Below are positions 56,339 to 64,000 of a stretch of DNA of 64,000 nt, piece by piece (positions within the stretch are counted from its first letter, which is position 1; each line of letters begins with the position of its first letter). Source of the DNA: Dyella sp. GTDB taxonomy: Bacteria > Pseudomonadota > Gammaproteobacteria > Xanthomonadales > Rhodanobacteraceae. The notes under the pieces were generated by a model, which was not told the origin of the DNA, searched no databases, and saw nothing but the letters and a program-made list of their open reading frames with translations. The translations under genes and the position numbers were made by a program. The stretch spans positions 2,085 through 66,084 of the forward strand of contig NZ_DASRZX010000007.1 in the NCBI RefSeq assembly GCF_035685885.1. Direction: 5' to 3'.

Positions 56339-57842
56339 GTGCCGCCGAATGCGCCTTCGCTGAATCATCTTGCGAATCTGCGCGCTCAACTTCCAGCGCC
56401 GCATCCTCCACCGGCTGCTCCAGCAGCATCTCGCAATCGCGTTCGTAGTTGTTGAGTACCCGCCAGGGCACGGCACGTCCCTGACGCGGCAACACGGGCG
56501 CGCCACGCTGGACATAGCCCGACGTCAGCGAACCCATGATGGTTTCCTCTTGTCGCTCATCCGCCGGCGCGCGCGGAGTGACCACGGCGATGCCACGCTG
56601 GTGCATGTAGCCGAGCAGGCGACACAGATAACGCGCAGCGAGGTCGGCCTTGAGCGTCCACGGTGCATTGGTATAGCCGAAGACGCAGCCGAAGTTCGGC
56701 GTGTCCTGCAGCAACACACCCTTGTAGGTAACCAGCTCGCCCATCACGCGCGACTGACCGTCGACCTGCAGCGTCATGCCACCCAGCGTCTGCATCTCCA
56801 GGCCGGTGGCGGTGATGACGATGTCCGCCTGCAGTTCCTCGCCCGACTGCAAGCGAATACCTCCTTCGGTGAAACGCGCGATGCCATCGGTCGCCACCGA
56901 TGCCTTGCCGCTCTTGATGGCTTCGAACAGGTCCGCATCAGGAACCACGCACAGGCGTTGGTCCCATGGTGCGTAGTCCGGCGTGAAATGCCGCATGTCG
57001 GCGTCAGCAGGCAAGTGCTTGCGTACGCCGTTGATGAGGAAGGCGCGCACCTTGTCCGGCCAGCGCCGCGCAGCCTTGTAGATGAGGCGGGTGAGGAAGA
57101 TGTTGCGCCGGCGCGCAAGGCGGAACACCAGCGCCTTGGGCAGGAATCGTTCGAGCACCGCGGAGATCGTGTCGAAGCGCGGCAACGAGAGGATGTAACT
57201 GGGCGAGCGCTGCAGCATGGTGACATGCGCCGCGTCGGGCGCCATCGCCGGCACCAGCGTCACCGCGGTCGCGCCACTGCCGATGATGACCACGCGCTTG
57301 CCGTGATAGTCCAGGCCTTCAGGCCACTGTTGCGGGTGCACCCGCAGGCCGCGGAATTGCTCCTCACCGGGAAAGTGGGGCAGATGGCCACGGTCGTAGT
57401 TGTAGTAGCCCGTGCACACGATGAGAAACCGACACGTGAGGGCACTGGTTTGGCCGCGCGACTCGTCGAGCACGTTAACGGTCCAGCGCCGCTGCTCGCT
57501 CGCCCATGCCGCGGAAACGACTTTCAGCCCGTACCGGATCTTCGTGTCGACGGCGTACTGCTGCGCGGTCTCCATGACATAGCGGCGAATGGATTCACCA
57601 TCAGCCATGACATCCAATGCGTGCCATGGTCGAAACGCGTAGCCAAAAGTGAACATGTCCGAATCGGAACGCACGCCGGGATAGCGGAAAAGATCCCAGG
57701 TGCCGCCCATGGCCGCGCGTCGCTCGATGATCGTCACGCGCAAGTCGGGATGTTCCATCGCGAGATGACAGGCCATGCCGATGCCCGACAACCCCGCACC
57801 GATGATCAGCACGTCACTGGCAAGCCCTGCATCGTGGTCCAT
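56328..57842 (-). CDS. Flavin-containing monooxygenase, EthA-like Baeyer-Villiger type
   Basis: GAGLSG, GGTWDLFRYPGVRSDSD, FxGxxxHxxxW fingerprint (FRGLRVHPQQW), GSGATA. Confidence 0.9.
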   Translation of the reverse strand: MDHDAGLASDVLIIGAGLSGIGMACHLAMEHPDLRVTIIERRAAMGGTWDLFRYPGVRSDSDMFTFGYAFRPWHALDVMADGESIRRYVMETAQQYAVDTKIRYGLKVVSAAWASEQRRWTVNVLDESRGQTSALTCRFLIVCTGYYNYDRGHLPHFPGEEQFRGLRVHPQQWPEGLDYHGKRVVIIGSGATAVTLVPAMAPDAAHVTMLQRSPSYILSLPRFDTISAVLERFLPKALVFRLARRRNIFLTRLIYKAARRWPDKVRAFLINGVRKHLPADADMRHFTPDYAPWDQRLCVVPDADLFEAIKSGKASVATDGIARFTEGGIRLQSGEELQADIVITATGLEMQTLGGMTLQVDGQSRVMGELVTYKGVLLQDTPNFGCVFGYTNAPWTLKADLAARYLCRLLGYMHQRGIAVVTPRAPADERQEETIMGSLTSGYVQRGAPVLPRQGRAVPWRVLNNYERDCEMLLEQPVEDAALEVERADSQDDSAKAHSAALIG

Positions 57843-57937
57843 GCACCGTTCCCCATGGCAATCGGCAACCGATGAGCGCGGCTAGCTTACGCCCAACGCC
57901 TTTGGCGGCGACAACCGACGTGGATGAGGCGGGATGC

Positions 57938-58201
57938 CTAGATAGCGTTGCGCCCGGCTCCTACGCGGCAACTCAGGGCGTAACCGGTGGAAACGCCTGC
58001 GGCTGCGGCCAGGAACAACATCATCCAGGCGAGCGGATCGGTGAGCACGAGCCAGGGATTCCAGTCGGCCGATGCCACCATGGAGAGCAAGGTGATTGCC
58101 GAAAACATCGCACCGAACGCGCACGACCACGCGTGCAGCCGCGGATGGCACAGGAACGGATGGCGGGCAGGTTCGTAGACGCGGGATTGATCGGGAAACA
58201 T
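57938..58201 (-). CDS. Small two-TM hypothetical protein
   Basis: MFPDQSR...AFGAMFSAITLL...WMMLFLAAAAGVSTG; hydrophobic, but no family recognised. Confidence 0.4.
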   Translation of the reverse strand: MFPDQSRVYEPARHPFLCHPRLHAWSCAFGAMFSAITLLSMVASADWNPWLVLTDPLAWMMLFLAAAAGVSTGYALSCRVGAGRNAI

Positions 58202-58364
58202 GCGGGCGGCGGGGCAATGCACCGAAGGCGATGCACTGCGAAGCCTAGGGATGGCGGACGCCCGCAAACATCAGACAAATCCGATATTCACCCCGGTCGC
58301 GCGCCTACAGCGACACGTGGGTTTCCCACAGGCGCCGACCAGGGCGCGATGCGCTGCCCTGGCG

Positions 58365-59177
58365 TCAGTAAGGCGTGGGTTCAATCAGCGCCTTTTCTGC
58401 GGCGCAGCGTGGGCCGGCATCCATCGTGTTGGCCTGGCGATACGCATCGAGCTCCCGCCTCGCATCGGCCAGGCTTGCCTGGAACGATGGCGAGGCATGC
58501 AGCACCGCTACCACGGCGGCACCGTTCATCGTACCGGCCTCGATCGCACTGAGGTTGTGCACGCCGCATACCACACGGCTATCGGCAAAGGCGCGCGCCC
58601 TGAGCAGGAGGTCGGTGGCCCGGTCTGGTGCCAGTTCCGCCAGCACCAGCCCGACCGCCCATCCGCGGGTGGCATGGCCGGAGGGGTAGTCGAAGCTATG
58701 TGAGAGCTGCAACGTGGACTGGCAGGCCGCGCCCTGGTCGATAAGAAAGGGCCGCTGCCGCTGATTGGCCTTCTTTGCGGGCGCAGTGGAAATCTCCGCC
58801 GCATTGCTGGTCGCGTCGACCAGTGCGGCCAGTTTCGGCAGGCGGGCCGCATCGAGCGGGGCGCCCATGGCACAACTGAAGTCGGCCATCAATTTGGGCG
58901 TGGCGTAATCCACGTCCTCCTGGGCGAGCGTCCAACGCGGCGAGCCTTCCAGGCCACGGGTGGCACGGAAGACCTGGCGGTCCGCTTCGTAGCGCGGCGT
59001 CCCGACCTTGGGCGCCGCCGGAAGCAGCACGGCCGTGCGCAGGTCGGCGACCGGGGCCGGGGCCGGGGCCGGTGTCGTGGAGGACACACCCGGGGACGTC
59101 GCGACGGCTGCGCAACCGGCGATCAGCATCGCGACCGGCAAGACCGCCATCGGAACGGCAAAACGGCGCTGTTTCAT
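58365..59177 (-). CDS. Class A non-specific acid phosphatase (PAP2), lipoprotein
   Basis: KKANQRQRP, YPSGHA, SRVVCGVH; lipobox IAGC; GGGAG RBS. Confidence 0.9.
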   Translation of the reverse strand: MKQRRFAVPMAVLPVAMLIAGCAAVATSPGVSSTTPAPAPAPVADLRTAVLLPAAPKVGTPRYEADRQVFRATRGLEGSPRWTLAQEDVDYATPKLMADFSCAMGAPLDAARLPKLAALVDATSNAAEISTAPAKKANQRQRPFLIDQGAACQSTLQLSHSFDYPSGHATRGWAVGLVLAELAPDRATDLLLRARAFADSRVVCGVHNLSAIEAGTMNGAAVVAVLHASPSFQASLADARRELDAYRQANTMDAGPRCAAEKALIEPTPY

Positions 59178-59300
59178 GGGCACTCCCCAAGGTTGGGCGG
59201 CATGGGCCGTGGTGCATTGCATAAGGCGATCGACCGGCCACCATGATATAGATCAAGTCTGCGTCGGGCCTGTCCGACGCAAGGGATGGGAGCAGTCACG

Positions 59301-60377
59301 ATGACGTCCGTAGCCACGGGCCATCCAACCGATGACTCCGCGGCGGCGCTCCTGAGCACCGACCCGCGCTACACGGCGGCAGAAACGTCGCCGAACGTCC
59401 TCGTGCACCTCACCCAGTTGGCCCTGGCGCGCGGCGCGCGCTGCGACGACTGGTTCGCCGGCTCAGGCCTTTCCCGCGAGCAACTCAACGACCCGAGCCT
59501 CCGCGTGTCCTATCGGCAGGCGCGTTCGGTGATCCGCCGCGCCCTGCTGGCCACGGGCGACCCGGGCCTGGGCCTGGACGTGGGACGGCGGGAGACACTC
59601 GGCAGCTTTGGCTTGCTGGGCCTGGCGATGATGACGTCGGCCACCTTCGGCGACGCCATGAGGGCGGGCATCGAGCATCACCGCGTCAGCGGAAGCCTGC
59701 TGGACGTGAGCTTCGAAGTACTCGGGCCGCTGGAAGTGGCGCTCGCCGCATGGCCGCGCTTCAACGATGCGCCTTTGCTGCCGTTCCTGTGCGAGGAACT
59801 GTTTTCCAGCGCGCTGGCGATCGCACGGGAGCTGCTGGGCCAGGATTTCCGGCCGTCCCGGCTGGAAGTGACCTATACCCGTCCGCCGCATGCCGACGCC
59901 TATGCCGATTACTTCCAGTGCGAGCTGGTATTCGGCGCGCGCTACAACCGCGTCGTGCTCGACGTGCCGTGGCTGGATCATCCGCTGGCCACCCATAATC
60001 CGCTGACGGCGCAGCAGGCGCTGGCGCTTTGCACGCAGCAGCACGATGCCAACGGCGTGCGGCAGGAAATCGTCGCCTCGGTCGAACGCCTGCTGCGCAG
60101 CCATCTGCGCCAACAGCCGCGTCTGCCGGATGTGGCGCGCATGCTGAACATGAGCGAGCGCTCCCTGCGCCGCCGGCTGGCCGAAAGTGGCCGCATCTTT
60201 CGCGAGATCCATGACCGTGTGCGCGCCGAGCGCGCGCTGGAACTGCTGCATGGCGGCGCCCTGAGCGTGGCCGAGATCGGCCTGGAAATCGGCTTCAGCG
60301 ATCCCCGCGAATTCCGCCGCGCCTTCAAGCGCTGGACGGGCATGGCGCCGCGCAGCGCCCGCCAGCACGCCGCCTGA
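59301..60377 (+). CDS. AraC-family transcriptional regulator (OruR-like)
   Basis: LGLAMMTSATFGDA N-domain; C-terminal VARMLNMSERSLRRRL and IGFSDPREFRRAFKRWTG. Confidence 0.9.
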   Translation: MTSVATGHPTDDSAAALLSTDPRYTAAETSPNVLVHLTQLALARGARCDDWFAGSGLSREQLNDPSLRVSYRQARSVIRRALLATGDPGLGLDVGRRETLGSFGLLGLAMMTSATFGDAMRAGIEHHRVSGSLLDVSFEVLGPLEVALAAWPRFNDAPLLPFLCEELFSSALAIARELLGQDFRPSRLEVTYTRPPHADAYADYFQCELVFGARYNRVVLDVPWLDHPLATHNPLTAQQALALCTQQHDANGVRQEIVASVERLLRSHLRQQPRLPDVARMLNMSERSLRRRLAESGRIFREIHDRVRAERALELLHGGALSVAEIGLEIGFSDPREFRRAFKRWTGMAPRSARQHAA

Positions 60378-60462
60378 GCTCTCCCCGGCCAACCCGCCCG
60401 CGCTAGGACAGGGCGCGTAGCACCCGTGCGCCCGGACGATATTGACGCAGTCCCTATCAGCA

Positions 60463-60481
60463 GCCAATAAGAATCATTATC
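60463..60481 (+). promoter_or_regulatory. Fur box
   Basis: gccaataagaatcattatc matches GATAATGATAATCATTATC at 15/19 positions; TTGACG -35 at 60442-60447. Confidence 0.75.
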
Positions 60482-60555
60482 ATTCCGTTATTCATCGACG
60501 GGCGCGCCGCGGCAGCGGCGCGAACAACGCTGCCTTTCCTGTAGGGATACCTCAT

Positions 60556-62664
60556 ATGCCTGCCCTTTTCTCCAGAAGCGCGCTTCTGGCCGCCATGTCG
60601 CTTGCCCTGGCCAGCCAGGCCTTTGCGGCCGCAGCCGACGACACCACCGACGCCAGCAAGAAGACTGACGCTCCCAGCGAGAAGAACAGCGTCAACCTGG
60701 AGGCGATCAACGTCGTCTACTCGACCACCAAGACTGAAACACCGGCCGTGGAAATCCCCCAGTCGGTGAGCACGATTACGCCCGACCGCATGCAGCTGTA
60801 CGGCGTGCAGGGACTGGATGAAGCGGTGCGCTACCTGGCGGGCGCCGTGGGCGGCAGCTACGGCGCCGATCCGCGCAGCGACTGGATCCTGATCCGCGGC
60901 TACGACCCCGCAAGGTTCCTGGACGGCCTGGCGCTGCCCAATGGCGACTGGACGGCGGATTCGCGCATCGAGACCTACGGCCTGGAACGCGTGGAAGTGA
61001 ACAAGGGTCCGTCGTCCGCGATGTACGGCCAGCTGCCGCCCGGCGGCATGATCGAGATGACCAGCAAGCGCCCCAGCCTGGAGGCGCCGCACGAGATCGA
61101 AGCCACTGTGGGCAGCTTCGGCCAGAAGCAGCTGGCCGGCGACACCGGCGGGCAGCTCGGCAGCGACGGCCACTGGCTGTGGCGCGTGGTGGCGCTGGCG
61201 CGCCAGGGCGACTCCAACATCGAGCACTCGAAGGACGACCGCTACTACTTCGCGCCCAGCCTCACCTGGCAGCCTGACGACAACACCTCGCTTACGGTGC
61301 TGCCGCGTTACCAGCGCACGCTGTCCGATGGCGTGGGCGGTTTCCTGCCTTCGCAGGGCACGTTGTATCCCAATCCCAACGGGCAGATTCCGCGCGACGT
61401 GAATCCGGGCGAACCTGGCTACGACCATTACTGGAAGACCGACGAGTCGATCGGTTACGCCTTCAATCACCGCTTCAACGATGTGTGGTCGTTCCGCCAG
61501 GATCTGCGCCTGCAGAACACCAAGGTCGACCATCGCTCCATCGGCAGCCTGGGCCTGCAGGACGACCTTCGCACGCTCAATCGCTACAACTATCCGCTGG
61601 TGGACCACGCGAACGTGTTCGCGGTGGATAACCAGATACAGGCGAAGTTCGACCAGGGCAGCGTGCAGCACGACGTGCTGATGGGCGTGGACTACCTGCA
61701 CAGCCACAATGACTACAAGTCGGGCTTCGGCAGCGCCGCGCCGATCGATATCTTCGATCCCGTCTACGGCCAGCCGATTCCGCCGGCGCCCTTCACGTAC
61801 CACACCAACAGCCTGCTCGAGCAGTTGGGTGCGTACGTGCAGGACCAGGTCACCATCGGCAAGTGGGGCATCGTCGCCAGCGGTCGCGAAGACTGGGTGA
61901 GCAACGATGTGAAGGACCTGATTGCCGGCACGCGCACCAAGCAGGATGACAACGCATTCTCAGGTCGCCTCGGTGTCAACTACACCACCGACCTGGGCCT
62001 CGTGCCCTATGTCGCCTATTCGCACTCGTTCAAGACCACGGTAGGCACGACCTTCGACGGCAGCGCGTTCAAGCCGATCACTGGCGACCAGTACGAAGGC
62101 GGCCTGAAGTACCAGACGCCGGATGGACGCTCACTGATCACCGGCGCCGTCTACCAGCTGACGCAGAAGAATGCGCTGACGATCGACCCCGACCATCTGT
62201 TCTTCTCGCTGCAGCAGGGCCAGACGTGCACACGCGGCGCGGAGCTGGAGGCGAATGTTGCGGTGACCGATCACCTCAACATGACCGCGGCCTACGCATA
62301 CACCGACGCCAAGGTCACCCACGCCAACGATGCCACGCTCGGCAAGCAGGTCGCGCTGGTACCCAAGCAGCAGGCTTCGGTTTCGGCCGACTACAGCGTG
62401 CATGAAGGCTCGCTGGCGGGTCTGGGTTTCGGCGGCGGCGTGCGCTTCATCGGCGATCACTACGGCGATGCGAACAACCAGTTCCGCACCGGCGGATACA
62501 CCTTGTTCGATGCCAATGCGCACTACGACATCGACCATTGGCGCTTCCAGGTTACCGCCGCCAACCTGTTCGACCGCGAATACATCACCGCCTGCAACAG
62601 CGCCATCTGGTGCTACTACGGCTACCCGCGCGAGATCACCGTGTCGGCGCGGTATCGCTGGTAA
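60556..62664 (+). CDS. TonB-dependent ferric-siderophore receptor
   Basis: TKTETP..EIPQSVS, LERVEVNKGPSSAMYG, AANLFDREY, terminal YRW; Fur box upstream. Confidence 0.92.
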   Translation: MPALFSRSALLAAMSLALASQAFAAAADDTTDASKKTDAPSEKNSVNLEAINVVYSTTKTETPAVEIPQSVSTITPDRMQLYGVQGLDEAVRYLAGAVGGSYGADPRSDWILIRGYDPARFLDGLALPNGDWTADSRIETYGLERVEVNKGPSSAMYGQLPPGGMIEMTSKRPSLEAPHEIEATVGSFGQKQLAGDTGGQLGSDGHWLWRVVALARQGDSNIEHSKDDRYYFAPSLTWQPDDNTSLTVLPRYQRTLSDGVGGFLPSQGTLYPNPNGQIPRDVNPGEPGYDHYWKTDESIGYAFNHRFNDVWSFRQDLRLQNTKVDHRSIGSLGLQDDLRTLNRYNYPLVDHANVFAVDNQIQAKFDQGSVQHDVLMGVDYLHSHNDYKSGFGSAAPIDIFDPVYGQPIPPAPFTYHTNSLLEQLGAYVQDQVTIGKWGIVASGREDWVSNDVKDLIAGTRTKQDDNAFSGRLGVNYTTDLGLVPYVAYSHSFKTTVGTTFDGSAFKPITGDQYEGGLKYQTPDGRSLITGAVYQLTQKNALTIDPDHLFFSLQQGQTCTRGAELEANVAVTDHLNMTAAYAYTDAKVTHANDATLGKQVALVPKQQASVSADYSVHEGSLAGLGFGGGVRFIGDHYGDANNQFRTGGYTLFDANAHYDIDHWRFQVTAANLFDREYITACNSAIWCYYGYPREITVSARYRW

Positions 62665-62681
62665 CCCTGGCGATTCGGGCG

Positions 62682-62720
62682 GCCGGCCCTCTCCGCTGAT
62701 AGCTGGCGGAAAGGGCCGGC
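62682..62720. terminator. GC-rich hairpin after the siderophore receptor
   Basis: gccggccct-ctccgc ... gcgga-aagggccggc. Confidence 0.5.
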
Positions 62721-62879
62721 ATCGCTGATCAGATCGACAAGCCCTGGCTGACGTCGGCCAAACTCTGTGGACCGACTGAACCAAAGCAAAAAACGTGGCG
62801 TCGGGCACCGCGCACAGCGCGTTGACCATGTCGTGCGATCAGCTTCCGGAAGTCATCCTGTCGGCGACGCTTCAGGACA

Positions 62880-63590
62880 TCAAAACCGGTCGGTACTCGC
62901 CAGATAGCGCCAACTGCCGGGCTGCAGCCGGGACATGGGAATGCGGCCGATGCGGATGCGCTTGATCGCGAGCACCTTCAACCCGACGGCGTTGCACATG
63001 CGCTCGATCTTGTCGGGCGCAATCCGCTTCAAGGCAAAGCGCAAGTGGGTTTCGTTCTGCCAGCTCACCTTGATCGGTGGCAGCGCGTAATGGTCGAAGC
63101 TGAGTCCGTGGTTGAGCAGAGCGAGGCCATCGGGCGCCAGCTTGCCCGCAACTTCGACCACAAGCTCCTGCTCGATGCGGTCCGAATCCTCTTCCAGACG
63201 ACGCTTCACTCGCCAGTCCTGCGTGAAGACCAGCAGCCCACTGGCGCTGTCAGGCAACGACAGCGGCGATTCCAGTCGGGCGAAGTGACGCTTCAGCAGG
63301 CGCACGCCGGAGGCATCGTCGGCAGAGTGGCTTTCCTCGCCAATCAACGCGCGTGCCTGCTCGACTGTGGTGCCCGCGGGCTTATGGAACACCAGCGTGG
63401 CCGGTTCGGCAGGCTCAAGCTGGGCGTGCGGATCGATCTCGATGTGCTGCTCCAGCACCTTGAACTGCGGCTCCTCCACCGTCACGCCATCCACGCGCAC
63501 CCAGCCACCTTCGATATACATTTCCGCCTCGCGCCGCGAGCATTGCGCCAGGGCTGCGACACGTTTGGCGAGGCGTACGGATTCGGTCAT
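62880..63590 (-). CDS. S4-domain RsuA/RluF-like pseudouridine synthase homolog
   Basis: VRLAKRVA..CSRREAEMYIEGGWVRVDG S4 domain, FHKPAG, KRIRIGRI; catalytic Asp not seen. Confidence 0.85.
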   Translation of the reverse strand: MTESVRLAKRVAALAQCSRREAEMYIEGGWVRVDGVTVEEPQFKVLEQHIEIDPHAQLEPAEPATLVFHKPAGTTVEQARALIGEESHSADDASGVRLLKRHFARLESPLSLPDSASGLLVFTQDWRVKRRLEEDSDRIEQELVVEVAGKLAPDGLALLNHGLSFDHYALPPIKVSWQNETHLRFALKRIAPDKIERMCNAVGLKVLAIKRIRIGRIPMSRLQPGSWRYLASTDRF

Positions 63591-63844
63591 CAGCGTTGCC
63601 TGTGAGTAATGAGCGCCATTATAGGCGTCTGCGAGCTGCAACCACGCCGCGGAAAGAGCGATACCACGCAGGAACCAGAACGGCCAGGCGGTCCATGCCA
63701 TGGCCTGTTTGCCGCAACGCATGTTTGTTCCTCACCCGGAACGCAAACGTCCGCAGCGCTATGACCAATGGAACTGGCCCAGGCCAAAGGCAGACGAAAT
63801 CCTATGCCGTCCCGATGCTGCCGCGCGACTTGAGGAGTTGCACC

Positions 63845-64000
63845 ATGTCACACGGATTCAATGTCGCGCTGCACGTGGTCTGGCTCGCGCTCTTGTCCTA
63901 TTGGCTCTGGTCTGCGCGCCGGGTGAAGACTTCTGTTCAAACCGAGCATCCCGCCAAGCGTCTTGTCGCGTACTGGCTGCCGCTTGCCGTGGCCTTCGCC
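63845..64000 (+). CDS. Membrane protein, probably isoprenylcysteine carboxyl methyltransferase family; truncated by the window end
   Basis: MSHGFNVALHVVWLALLSYWLWSARRVK...EHPAKRL; GAGGAG RBS. Family call rests only on the N-terminus. Confidence 0.55.
   Translation, partial: MSHGFNVALHVVWLALLSYWLWSARRVKTSVQTEHPAKRLVAYWLPLAVAFA

Noticed and set aside
17-64000. Many long overlapping or antisense ORFs in the track (e.g. 1319-3496+, 27536-29326+, 40111-42957+, 47600-50362+, 51914-55558-)
   Set aside because: Shadow ORFs expected in high-GC DNA opposite well-supported genes; no motifs or RBS support.

Overview
High-GC gammaproteobacterial chromosome segment. Gene order and sequence style suggest Xanthomonadales (Dyella/Rhodanobacter-like); this is inference, not a database result. 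Most of the window is core genome: dcp, bioD, msrC, engB, cytochrome c4 with tandem dsbA, slt, cca, folB/folK, tsaD-rpsU-yqeY-dnaG, mgtA, the aa3-type cytochrome oxidase cluster and putA. It also holds three TonB-dependent receptors (TBDRs). No rRNA, tRNA, CRISPR array, IS element or prophage was recognised. The strongest unexplained signal is at the left end. A ~70-bp promoter module (LysR T-N11-A palindrome, conserved 12-mer, -10 box) occurs twice with identical spacing, 2807 bp apart. One copy precedes a DUF1611/DgcN-like gene and gltS; the other precedes an Oar-type TBDR. This points to a D-glutamate (or D-Glu-peptide) regulon that includes an outer-membrane importer but has no DgcA racemase in the window. 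Other leads: an MgtA with swapped M6 ion-binding residues and a long two-uORF switch-like leader; a Zur-type palindrome on a second TBDR; a cox operon with no ctaG/cox11; a GT-C glycosyltransferase next to an LTA-synthase-family gene; a pseudouridine-synthase homolog lacking the catalytic Asp; and three GTAG-type REP doublets.
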